Assembly (NCBI GenBank): GCA_017450945.1
Contig: JAFSSP010000007.1
Span: 28,487-92,486, forward strand
DNA length: 64,000 bases
Direction: 5' to 3'
From: Clostridia bacterium
GTDB lineage: Bacteria; Bacillota; Clostridia; Oscillospirales; CAG-272
Made by a program: the position numbers and the translations under genes. Each line of letters begins with the position of its first letter. Position 1 is the first letter of the stretch. Under the pieces are notes generated by a model. That model searched no databases. It was not told where the DNA came from and saw only the letters and a program-made list of their open reading frames with translations. This document shows positions 30,193 through 38,748 of this stretch, in pieces.

Positions 30193-30648
30193 ATGAAAAA
30201 GAACAGACAGGAAAAATTACTGGAGATCATCTCGCGTTACGACGTGGATACCCAGGACGAACTGATCGAGCGCCTTCGCGACTGCGGTTTTGAAACCACG
30301 CAGGCAACCATTTCCAGAGATATTCGGGAATTGAAAATTGCAAAAATGACCAACGGCAAGGGATCCTACCGTTATGTGCTTCCCAAGCAGGCGGCAACGC
30401 GGGGAGATTTCAAATTCAACACGGCGCTCATCGATTCGATCGTTCATGTCGATCAGGCCGCAAACATGATCGTGCTCAAAACCTATCCGGGATTGGCACA
30501 GGCAGTCGCCGTCGGAATTGACGGAATGCATGAGCCCTTGATTCTCGGTTGTGTGGCAGGGGACGACACCATTCTGGTTGTCCTGCGGGACGAGGAGGGC
30601 GCAAAGCTCATCGCATCCCGGATCCAGGACCTTCTCAAAGCAGTATAA
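30193..30648 (+). CDS. argR: arginine repressor
   Basis: TQDEL, TQATISRDIREL, GCVAGDDT. Confidence 0.95.
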   Translation: MKKNRQEKLLEIISRYDVDTQDELIERLRDCGFETTQATISRDIRELKIAKMTNGKGSYRYVLPKQAATRGDFKFNTALIDSIVHVDQAANMIVLKTYPGLAQAVAVGIDGMHEPLILGCVAGDDTILVVLRDEEGAKLIASRIQDLLKAV

Positions 30649-30662
30649 AAAAGAGGACTTTT

Positions 30663-32396
30663 ATGCAACAGATCAAACAAACAATTGCCGCATCGATTGT
30701 GGATGCGGTTCAAAAAATCAATTCCGAGGCGTCTCTTTCGGCCGATGAGGTCAAAAGCCTTCTGGAATATCCGCCCGACCCGAACATGGGCGACCTCGCC
30801 TTTCCGTGCTTTCGCTTGAGTAAGATCCTGCGCCGTTCGCCGGTGCAGATTGCCGAAGCTCTTGCGGGACAGCTCTCTGGAGGCCCCATTGGCTCGGTGG
30901 AAGCTGTCAACGGATATCTGAACATCAAGCTTTCGGACGACTATCTGACCGATACCGTTTTGCCTGAGATCCTCGCAAAAAAGGAAACTTACGGTTCCCA
31001 GACCTTTGGCAAGGGAAAAAAGGTCGTACTCGACTATTCTTCGCCCAACGTGGCAAAGCCTTTTCACATCGGGCATCTTGGCACCACGGTAATCGGGCAT
31101 TCGCTGCGCAAACTCCACGAATTTGCCGGCTATGATTGCTTTGGTATCAACTACCTCGGCGACTGGGGAACGCAGTTCGGCAAGCTCATCGTGGCCTACC
31201 GTCTCTGGGGCAAAAAGGAAGAGGTCGAAAAAACCGGTGTGGACGCGCTCGTCGCACTCTACGTGAAGATCAACAATGAGATCAAGGGAGACCCCGAAAA
31301 GGGAATCCCTGAAAACAAAGAGCTTGCCGACGCGGCAAGAGCCGAGTTCCACAAGCTCGAGACCGGCGACGAGGAGAATCTCGCCCTTTGGAAATGGTTC
31401 GTCTCGATCAGCCTTGCCGAGTATGAGAAGACCTACAAACAGCTTGGCATTACCTTTGACTCCTACCTCGGCGAGAGCTTTTATACCGACAAAATGCCGG
31501 CGCAGGTGCAAAAGCTCAGAGATATGGGACTGCTGAAAATCGACGACGGTGCTTCTATCGTGGATCTTTCCGAGTACAATATGCCGCCCTGCCTGATCCT
31601 CAAGCGCGACGGCTCGACGCTTTATCCAACACGGGATATTGCGGCGGCGGTCTACCGTAAGGAAAATTATCACTTCGATAAAGCCATCTACGTGACCAGC
31701 GCTCAGCAGTGCCTCCACTTTGCCCAATGGTTCAAGGTGGTCGAGCTCATGGGCTATCCCTGGTACAACGAACTCGTCCACGTGCCTTACGGAACGGTTT
31801 CGCTCAACGGCGAAAAGCTGGCGACGAGAACCGGCAACGTGGTGCTTCTCAAAGACCTTTTCGCGCTCGCCGTCGAAAAGGTCAAAGGTGTGGTTGCAGA
31901 GAAAAATCCGAACCTCGAAAACAAAGACGAGATTGCCGAAAAGGTCGGCGTCGGAGCCGTGGTGTTCTACTACCTTTCCAACAACCGCATGAAGGATATT
32001 AACTTTGTGCTCGACGAAGCGCTCAACTTTGACGGAAACACCGGGCCTTACGTGCAGTACACCTACGCGCGCACCTGCTCGGTTCTCGGCAAAGCGGGGA
32101 AGGTTCCCGATGCTGCCGGCAAGATCACGACCGAAGAGGAAGCAATGCTACTGAAAACGCTCTGCCGCTTCGGCGAAAAAGTGGTCGCCGCCATCGAGGA
32201 TTACGAACCGAGCGTCGTCACGCGATTCATCCTCGACGTGGCTTCGGCCTTCAACCGCTTTTATCACAACTGCCCGATCCTCTCTGCTGAGGATGAAGGC
32301 ACACGCGCTTTGCGTCTGAAACTGACCGAGGCGACAAAGATCGTACTTGGCAATGCATTTGATCTCATCTGCCTTGCCAAAACCGAAAAAGTCTGA
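30663..32396 (+). CDS. argS: arginine--tRNA ligase
   Basis: DYSSPNVAKPFHIGH, GDWGTQFG, GPYVQYTYAR; GAGG RBS before the ATG at 30663. Confidence 0.97.
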   Translation: MQQIKQTIAASIVDAVQKINSEASLSADEVKSLLEYPPDPNMGDLAFPCFRLSKILRRSPVQIAEALAGQLSGGPIGSVEAVNGYLNIKLSDDYLTDTVLPEILAKKETYGSQTFGKGKKVVLDYSSPNVAKPFHIGHLGTTVIGHSLRKLHEFAGYDCFGINYLGDWGTQFGKLIVAYRLWGKKEEVEKTGVDALVALYVKINNEIKGDPEKGIPENKELADAARAEFHKLETGDEENLALWKWFVSISLAEYEKTYKQLGITFDSYLGESFYTDKMPAQVQKLRDMGLLKIDDGASIVDLSEYNMPPCLILKRDGSTLYPTRDIAAAVYRKENYHFDKAIYVTSAQQCLHFAQWFKVVELMGYPWYNELVHVPYGTVSLNGEKLATRTGNVVLLKDLFALAVEKVKGVVAEKNPNLENKDEIAEKVGVGAVVFYYLSNNRMKDINFVLDEALNFDGNTGPYVQYTYARTCSVLGKAGKVPDAAGKITTEEEAMLLKTLCRFGEKVVAAIEDYEPSVVTRFILDVASAFNRFYHNCPILSAEDEGTRALRLKLTEATKIVLGNAFDLICLAKTEKV

Positions 32397-32443
32397 TCTT
32401 TCGTTACAGAATTACATATACTTTTGAAAGGATACCGAAAACT

Positions 32444-33178
32444 ATGTCTGGACACAGCAAATGGGCGAACATCAAACACAAAAAAGAAAAGACCGATGCC
32501 GCACGCGGTAAAATTTTTACCAAGATCGGCAAAGAGATCACAGTCGCCGTCAAAGAGGGTGGCGGAGATCCCGTCTCCAACTCCAAACTCCGTGACCTTA
32601 TTCAAAAGGCCAAGGCCAACAATGTGCCGAACGACAACATCGAGCGCTGCATCAAAAAGGCCATGGGCTCCTCCGGTGAGACCTACGAAGAGGTTTCCTA
32701 CGAAGGCTACGGCCCCAACGGCATTGCCGTCATCGTCAATGCAACGACCGATAACCGCAACCGCACGGCAGGCAACGTGCGCGCCTACTTCTCCAAATAT
32801 CACGGCAACATGGGACAGACCGGTTGCGTGAGCTATCTCTTTACCGACGTCGGTGAGATCGTCATCAACAACGAGGATGGCGATATTGACGAAGATAAAC
32901 TCATGGAAAAGGCGCTGGAAGCAGGCGCTACCGATTTCAAATCGGACGGCGAAGTTTTCATCGTCACCACCGAGCCGGACGACGTTTACGCCATTCAGGA
33001 AGACCTTGCGAACGCAGGGTATGAAATTCTCTCGGCCGAGAAGACCAAGACGGCTTCCACATCTGTTACGCTTGACAATGAGGACGACATCAAGTTCATG
33101 GGACTGCTTCTCGACAAGCTCGAAGAGGACGACGACGTGATGGACGTCTTCCACAACTGGGAAAACTGTGACCGCTAA
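32444..33178 (+). CDS. yebC: YebC/PmpR family protein
   Basis: MSGHSKWANIKHKK, YEGYGPNG, TDNRNRT. Confidence 0.95.
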   Translation: MSGHSKWANIKHKKEKTDAARGKIFTKIGKEITVAVKEGGGDPVSNSKLRDLIQKAKANNVPNDNIERCIKKAMGSSGETYEEVSYEGYGPNGIAVIVNATTDNRNRTAGNVRAYFSKYHGNMGQTGCVSYLFTDVGEIVINNEDGDIDEDKLMEKALEAGATDFKSDGEVFIVTTEPDDVYAIQEDLANAGYEILSAEKTKTASTSVTLDNEDDIKFMGLLLDKLEEDDDVMDVFHNWENCDR

Positions 33179-33587
33179 ACCGCATCGCGAGGTCGTGGCG
33201 GGGCTCTTCCTTCGCAAAAGCGAAGGTGAACCCGAGTTCTTTATCTGCAGACGACCTCCCTACAAGTCGAATCCGCTTCTGTGGGAGTTTGTAGGCGGCA
33301 AGGTCGAAGCCGGGGAGACTCCGCAAGAGGCGCTTGTACGCGAATGCAAAGAAGAGATGGACGCAAACATTGCGGTCGGCGAGATTTATACCGAGGTCGA
33401 TCACGAGTATGAGGATATTTTCATTCATCTGACGCTCTACTTTGCAGAGCTTTTGGAAGAGCCGAAGCTCCTCGAACACGTCGCGTTTGCATGGATCAAG
33501 CCCTCGCAGATCAAAAATTACGCGTTTTGCCCCGCGGACAAACAGATTTTAGCCAAGATTCTTTGCGACTTTGGAACAGTCCGGTGA
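33168..33587 (+). CDS. NUDIX hydrolase (MutT/NudG-like)
   Basis: Nudix box GGKVEAGETPQEALVRECKEEM; GTG start. Confidence 0.88.
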   Translation: MTAKPHREVVAGLFLRKSEGEPEFFICRRPPYKSNPLLWEFVGGKVEAGETPQEALVRECKEEMDANIAVGEIYTEVDHEYEDIFIHLTLYFAELLEEPKLLEHVAFAWIKPSQIKNYAFCPADKQILAKILCDFGTVR

Positions 33588-33628
33588 CATACCGGACTGT
33601 TTTGCCCATTCTTTGAAAGGAGAATACC

Positions 33629-34246
33629 ATGAAGGTTTTACTAATCAACGGCAGTCCCCATAAATCCGGTGCCGTCTATACCGCACTCCACGAGATGGAG
33701 AAAGTTTTTGCAAAAGAGGGAATCGAGACCGAGATGATCCAGGTCGGGCATCTTTCTGTGCGGAGCTGCGTCGCCTGCAAAAGCTGTTATGCGACAGGAA
33801 AATGTGCCATTGACGACATCGTCAACGAGGTCACAAAAAAGCTCGAGGAAGCCGACGGCATGGTCGTGGGCAGTCCGGTCTATTTTGCCGCGGCGAACCC
33901 GGCGCTCTCGGCCTTTTTGACCCGCCTGTTTTACAGCTCGCACGCCGACAAGCGCATGAAGGTCGGCGCCGCCATCGTTTGCGCCCGCAGAGGAGGCACG
34001 ACCGCCGCCTTTGACGAGCTCAACAAGTTCTTTACCATCTCTGGCATGCCGGTGGCCTCCGGGCAGTACTGGAACGGCATTCACGGCAACAACGCCGAGG
34101 AAGCCGCACAGGATGGGGAAGGCCTGCAAATGATGCGCACGCTTGCTTCCAATATGGTCTTTCTCATGAAGAGCATCGCACTCGGAAAAGAGAAGTATGG
34201 GCTTCCCGAGACCGAGCCTCGCGTGCGCACCAATTTCATCCGATAA
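33629..34246 (+). CDS. flavodoxin-fold iron-sulfur flavoprotein (FMN reductase family)
   Basis: NGSPH, CVACKSC..TGKC, GSPVY, ARRGG. Confidence 0.88.
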   Translation: MKVLLINGSPHKSGAVYTALHEMEKVFAKEGIETEMIQVGHLSVRSCVACKSCYATGKCAIDDIVNEVTKKLEEADGMVVGSPVYFAAANPALSAFLTRLFYSSHADKRMKVGAAIVCARRGGTTAAFDELNKFFTISGMPVASGQYWNGIHGNNAEEAAQDGEGLQMMRTLASNMVFLMKSIALGKEKYGLPETEPRVRTNFIR

Positions 34247-34247
34247 G

Positions 34248-35504
34248 ATGGATCGCCTGATCTTTCACATAGACGTCAACAGCGCTTTTCTCTCTTGGGA
34301 ATCGGCGCGAAGAGTCAAAAAGGGCGAGAGCGATCTGCGGCTTGTGCCGTCGGCAGTCGGTGGCGACAGAGATCGGCGTACCGGTGTGATTTTGGCCAAA
34401 TCGATCCCTGCAAAAAAGTACGGCGTTTCAACCGGAGAGCCGGTTTCCATGGCGCTTCGCAAATGCCCAGAGCTGGTGATCGTGAAGCCGGATTTTCGTC
34501 TCTACGCGCAATGCTCCAAAAAATTCCTTGCAATTTGCCGCAAATATGCGCCGGTGGTCGAGCAGTTTTCGATTGACGAGTGCTTTCTCGACATGAGCGG
34601 AACCTCGCGCATCTATCCCGATCCGGTTGCAATCGCGCACACGATCAAGGATGAGATTCGCGACAGGCTCGGCTTTACCGTCAACGTCGGGATCGGCCCC
34701 AATAAGCTCCTTGCCAAAATGGCGAGCGATTTTGAAAAGCCCGACAAGGTGCATACGCTCTTTTTTGACGAGCTGGAGGAAAAGTTTTATCCGCTTCCGG
34801 TGCGCGATCTCTTTACGGTCGGAAGATCCACCGCAAAACTGCTCGACCGCATCAACGTGCACACCATCGGCGAACTTGCATCGCTCGATCAAAAGGCGCT
34901 TGACATCATTGTAGGCGGCAAGTTTGCAAAGCATTTGTATCTGGTTTCGCACGGTTTGGACGATTCTCCGGTTCTTGCCGAGCGCCCCGAGGCCAAAGGA
35001 TACAGCAACTCGATCACGCTCGAGGAGGACGTTACAACGGCCGAGGAGGCAGAACAGGTGTTACTTCTGCTCTCGGACAGCGTGGCAACAAGACTGCGCG
35101 CCGACAGTGTGCGAGCCTGGTGCGTCTCGGTCGTTCTGCGCTCGACCGACTTTACCGACCGGTCAAAACAAATGCGTCTGGATACACCGACCGACAATAC
35201 CGACGAGGTGTTCGACAAGGTCAAAAAGCTTTTTTTGGAGCTTTGGGATGGGGAAGACCCAATCCGCCTTTTCGGGGTTGCCGCTTTCGACGTGACGAAA
35301 GAGGAAGGCCAGCTCTCCTTTTTTGACGATCCCAAAAAAGAAAAAAGCCGCGACGTTGACGAAGTCGTCGATTCGATCCGCGAACGTTTCGGCATGGATA
35401 CCATTATCCGCGGGAGCATCTGCAAATCGCCCGTCGTCCCCGGCGGAAGACATCTGCGCCACTCCACCAAAGCGGATGGGGAAGAGAAAAACAAAAAGCA
35501 GTGA
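34248..35504 (+). CDS. dinB: DNA polymerase IV (Y family)
   Basis: HIDVNSAF, SIDECFLD, NKLLAKMASDFEKP. Confidence 0.92.
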   Translation: MDRLIFHIDVNSAFLSWESARRVKKGESDLRLVPSAVGGDRDRRTGVILAKSIPAKKYGVSTGEPVSMALRKCPELVIVKPDFRLYAQCSKKFLAICRKYAPVVEQFSIDECFLDMSGTSRIYPDPVAIAHTIKDEIRDRLGFTVNVGIGPNKLLAKMASDFEKPDKVHTLFFDELEEKFYPLPVRDLFTVGRSTAKLLDRINVHTIGELASLDQKALDIIVGGKFAKHLYLVSHGLDDSPVLAERPEAKGYSNSITLEEDVTTAEEAEQVLLLLSDSVATRLRADSVRAWCVSVVLRSTDFTDRSKQMRLDTPTDNTDEVFDKVKKLFLELWDGEDPIRLFGVAAFDVTKEEGQLSFFDDPKKEKSRDVDEVVDSIRERFGMDTIIRGSICKSPVVPGGRHLRHSTKADGEEKNKKQ

Positions 35505-35545
35505 TGGTTTTCAATCACTGCTTTTTATTATCGTAGTTTTTTTGA

Positions 35546-35707
35546 TTATTTGCGTTTGATGTCTCTGACCTGGTAGTCGGGGTATTTTGCCATAAATCTT
35601 GCCAAAGCGATGGATTCGGTTGTGGCAAAAACGTGCGTTGTACCGTGGTTGTGATAGACAACCCACATCACTGCATTCGCTTCATGAGAAGTAAATCCGT
35701 CCGGCAT
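35546..35707 (-). CDS. small hypothetical protein (53 aa)
   Basis: GGAGG RBS 8 nt before the ATG at 35707; MPDGFTSHEANAVMWVVYHNHG...; no family recognised. Confidence 0.55.
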   Translation of the reverse strand: MPDGFTSHEANAVMWVVYHNHGTTHVFATTESIALARFMAKYPDYQVRDIKRK

Positions 35708-35759
35708 GGTATGCACCTCCTGTTGTTGATCGTGATAGGACTCGAACAGGTTGAAAAAC

Positions 35760-36212
35760 TCAATCAAAGAGTCCTGTCGTATCGTTCAATAACAGACGAA
35801 CGCCTTTCAGCTTGTAAGATGGCTTTACAGCGTCATCGGAATTGTTATACGCGGTCATAGCGAGTTGCTCGGTTTTGAAATAGTAAATATGAACGCCGTC
35901 GCCGTCGTTGTTATATGCGTACAGGTATGCCTTTACCGAGCCGCTTTCCACTTTTAATGCAGCGTCGTAACCTTCCAAATACGATGTGTATTTATAAACG
36001 ATATATCCTTTTCCTTCCAGCATGGCTTTGTCGGCTTCGGCAAGATCGGCAGCCGATTGGGCGGTGCTTGTTTTTCCGCTGTTGCCGGAATTGGTTTTGC
36101 CTGCATCATTTGAGCCAATCAACTCGGTTGCATTTTTGCTTCCGCAAGCGCACAGGCCAAACAAAAGCAGAGCGGCAAGAAGAACGGTCAGAATTCTCAT
36201 CGTGGTTTTCAT
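35760..36212 (-). CDS. hypothetical lipoprotein
   Basis: Signal peptide with lipobox LCAC-G; AGGAG RBS; sigma-A promoter TTGACA-17-TATCAT at 36253-36281. Confidence 0.8.
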   Translation of the reverse strand: MKTTMRILTVLLAALLLFGLCACGSKNATELIGSNDAGKTNSGNSGKTSTAQSAADLAEADKAMLEGKGYIVYKYTSYLEGYDAALKVESGSVKAYLYAYNNDGDGVHIYYFKTEQLAMTAYNNSDDAVKPSYKLKGVRLLLNDTTGLFD

Positions 36213-36290
36213 TTTGATTTCTCCTTAATTTATTTGATTTGGTGCTAACAATATGATAGCAGGATTTTTGGGATTTGTCAACCGTGATGC

Positions 36291-36799
36291 TTAAAAAATG
36301 ACAGGATTTGAACTCTGCAATTTTCCTGCGGCGGTGCCGTTTTTTCGACGGCTGGACGCCGTCGTTTTGCAAGTAAAAACCAAAAACGGCGTCGCATTTC
36401 GGCATGGCCTATCGGTCCAAGCAAAAAGGCAAGAGCCCATAAAGAGCTCTTGCCTTTTTGGTCGGAATGACAGGATTTGAACTCTGCGAATCCACCTGCG
36501 GTGGGAGCCGTTTTTTCGACGGCTGGACGCCGTCGCTTTCACTTCGTGAAAGACCAAAAACGCCGTCGCATCTTCGCGTGTCTGTCCTTCGGGCAACAAA
36601 AGAGCTATCGGATAAACCGACAGCTCTTTCGTTGGTCGGAATGACAGGATTTGAACTCTGCGGATCGCCTGCGGCGGTGCCGTTTTTTCGACGGCTGAAC
36701 GCCGTCGCTTTGCAAGCAAAGACAAAAACGGCTTCGCATTTTCGCGTGTCTGTCGTTCCAATCAAAAAGGCAAGAGCCCATAAAGGGCTCTTGCCTGTT
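36291..36799 (-). repeat. three tandem ~170-bp structured units downstream of tRNA-Pro, each ending in a copy of the tRNA 3' end
   Basis: + strand TGGTCGGAATGACAGGATTTGAAC at 36800 (tRNA), 36633 and 36459, truncated near 36297; period 167-174 bp. Confidence 0.92.
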
Positions 36800-36875
36800 T
36801 GGTCGGAATGACAGGATTTGAACCTGCGACATCCTGGTCCCAAACCAGGCGCGCTACCAACTGCGCTACATCCCG
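36800..36875 (-). tRNA. tRNA-Pro (TGG)
   Basis: CGGGATGTAGCGCAGTTGGTAGCGCGCCTGGTTTGGGACCAGG...GGTTCAAATCCTGTCATTCCGACCA, 76 nt. Confidence 0.97.
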
Positions 36876-36890
36876 AATTTCCACGCTCCC

Positions 36891-37007
36891 ATTATAGCAG
36901 GCAAAGAAGCAAAAGTCAACAATCAAAAAGCAGTTTTTGAAAAAAGTATTTTTCCTCGAAAGTTTTTTGAAAAAAGCTCTTGACTTTTTTCTAAAATCAT
37001 GTATAAT
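36891..37007. promoter_or_regulatory. divergent sigma-A promoters for tRNA-Pro (-) and tRNA-Leu (+)
   Basis: Minus strand TTGACT-17-TATAAT (36919-36891); plus strand TTGACT-16-TATAAT (36980-37007); A/T tracts between them. Confidence 0.8.
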
Positions 37008-37045
37008 AAACCTGTTGCGCGATGATCGCGCACAAAACCATATAC

Positions 37046-37130
37046 GCGGGAGTGGCGGAACTGGCAGACGCGCACGTTTGAGGGGCGTGTGGTTCACACC
37101 GTACGAGTTCAAGTCTCGTCTCCCGCACCA
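37046..37130 (+). tRNA. tRNA-Leu (GAG)
   Basis: GCGGGAGTGGCGGAACTGGCAGACGCGCACGTTTGAGGGGCGTG..., long variable arm, ends CCA, 85 nt. Confidence 0.97.
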
Positions 37131-37470
37131 CAAAGAGGTGAATGGACAAAAGTCCATTCACCTCTTTGTATTGCATGATAATCGAACGCGAACTCGCTCC
37201 TTTTTTGCAAGGCAAAAAAGGAACAAGTGCGGCAAGATGAAGGTATGGATTTATGCTTGATTGGCGCCGCACGCTTGAGTTACAAGTCTCGTCTCCCGCA
37301 CCACAAATAGGTGGATGGGTTTTCTCATCCGCCTATTTGTTATGTGGAACGATCCTGCTTGAACTCGCTCCTTTATGCAATGCAAAAAGGAACGCGTGCG
37401 GAAAAGATATAAGTATAGACTCTTGCATGACTTTCGCCGCACGTTTGAGTTAAAAGTCTTGTCTTTCGTT
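37131..37470 (+). repeat. two ~170-bp structured units downstream of tRNA-Leu(GAG), each ending in a copy of the tRNA 3' end
   Basis: GAGTT(A)CAAGTCTCGTCTCCCGCACCA at 37277-37303; decayed copy at about 37447-37468; each unit starts with a terminator hairpin. Confidence 0.9.
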
Positions 37471-37547
37471 TTAGAAAAAACTTCACTCTTGCTTTTCGAT
37501 TCTTTTCGTGCTATAATAAGGCAGACCGATCGAAAGGGGGTGCTTTC

Positions 37548-38375
37548 ATGCGAGAAAAGGGGAATTCGGCAGAACTGCGCGATGTTAGGCTCTTTTTGTT
37601 TGACCTTGACGGCACACTGTATCTCGGCGAGCAGTTATATCCCTACACAAAGGCATTGCTTGAAGAGATCAAGCGCCAGGGAAAGCACTACCTGTTTATG
37701 ACCAACAATTCCTCGCGCGGGGTGGACGCCTACGTCGAAAAGATGAAGCGGCTCGGTATCAAAGCAACCGCCGACGATTTTATCACCAGCGTGATGGCGA
37801 CCTCGGCCTATATTTTGAAAACCTACCCGGAAAAGCTTTTTTACGTTGCCGGGACCGAGTCTTTCAAGCAAGAGCTTCGCGCGTCCGGCGTTCGTGTGAC
37901 CGACCTTTATTCGGGCGACGTTGAGGGTGTGATTCAAGGCTTTGACACCGAACTGACTTTCCAGAAACTCGACGACGTTTCCAAACTGCTGACGCTCAAG
38001 GAGATCCCGTTCATAGCCGCCAACCCGGACTTTGTTTGCCCGACCGAATACGGTTTTGTTCCGGATTGCGGCTCGATCTGCGGAATGCTGGAGAAGGCGA
38101 CCGGAAAGAAGCCCTACTACATTGGCAAGCCGCGCCCCGAGATGGTCTATTTTGCTGTGGAGCGCATTCGGGCAAAAGACTCCAAGGTCTCTCTCCAAAA
38201 CACGCTGGTTGTGGGTGATCGGATGTACACCGACATTGCCTGCGGGATCAGCGCTGGGGCAAAAACCTGCCTTGTCCTCTCGGGTGAGACGACCGAGGAG
38301 CAAGCGTATGCGTCGGACTACAAAATTGACTATATTCTAAAGGATTGCGAGCGGATCCTTGAGGCGATCCGGTAA
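37548..38375 (+). CDS. HAD-IIA family hydrolase (NagD-like)
   Basis: FDLDGTLY, TNNSS, GKP, VGDRMYTDI. Confidence 0.92.
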   Translation: MREKGNSAELRDVRLFLFDLDGTLYLGEQLYPYTKALLEEIKRQGKHYLFMTNNSSRGVDAYVEKMKRLGIKATADDFITSVMATSAYILKTYPEKLFYVAGTESFKQELRASGVRVTDLYSGDVEGVIQGFDTELTFQKLDDVSKLLTLKEIPFIAANPDFVCPTEYGFVPDCGSICGMLEKATGKKPYYIGKPRPEMVYFAVERIRAKDSKVSLQNTLVVGDRMYTDIACGISAGAKTCLVLSGETTEEQAYASDYKIDYILKDCERILEAIR

Positions 38376-38384
38376 GGTGAAAAG

Positions 38385-38747
38385 ATGAAAGAAAAATTCA
38401 AAAACGCTTTCAAAAAAGCCATACAGTTTCTCTTGAATCCGCGTTTGCTCCTTTGCTGTGGAATCGCGTGGTTCATTACAAACGGCTGGTCGTACGTGAT
38501 GTTCGGAATCGGGACTTACTTTCAGATCGGTTGGATGATCGCAGTCGGCGGGGCATACCTGACTTTCCTTTGGTTGCCGATCTCACCCGAAAAGATTGTG
38601 ACCGTGGCGATCGCCATCGGGCTTTTGAAACTGTTGTTTCCCAAGGATGAGAAAACGCTTGCCGTTCTGAAGGAAATGTCACAAAAGGTAAAGAACACGG
38701 TCAAACGGAAGAAGAAGCAAAAGGGAAGAGGGCAGGTTGCAGAGTGA
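38385..38747 (+). CDS. hypothetical membrane protein
   Basis: ORF with hydrophobic segments (AWFITNGWSY, LWLPISPEK) and a basic tail. Confidence 0.75.
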   Translation: MKEKFKNAFKKAIQFLLNPRLLLCCGIAWFITNGWSYVMFGIGTYFQIGWMIAVGGAYLTFLWLPISPEKIVTVAIAIGLLKLLFPKDEKTLAVLKEMSQKVKNTVKRKKKQKGRGQVAE

Positions 38748-38748
38748 G

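Noticed and set aside
33573-34247. LexA box for dinB
   Set aside because: No GAAC-N4-GTTC seen; dinB starts 1 bp after the flavoprotein gene, and the 33573-33603 palindrome looks like a terminator.
36291-36830. CRISPR array (a ~25-bp repeat at regular spacing)
   Set aside because: The repeat is the tRNA-Pro 3' end, the intervening ~145-bp segments are homologous to each other, and there are no cas genes in the window.
36459-37303. Extra tRNA genes or classical tRNA pseudogenes in the repeats
   Set aside because: Only the T-arm and acceptor 3' strand are present; there is no D-arm or anticodon arm.
36106-37701. ORF-track proteins across the tRNA and repeat region (e.g. 36291-36761, 36409-36843, 36762-37157)
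   Set aside because: They are translations of tRNAs and repeats, with repeated peptide blocks, no RBS and no recognisable family.
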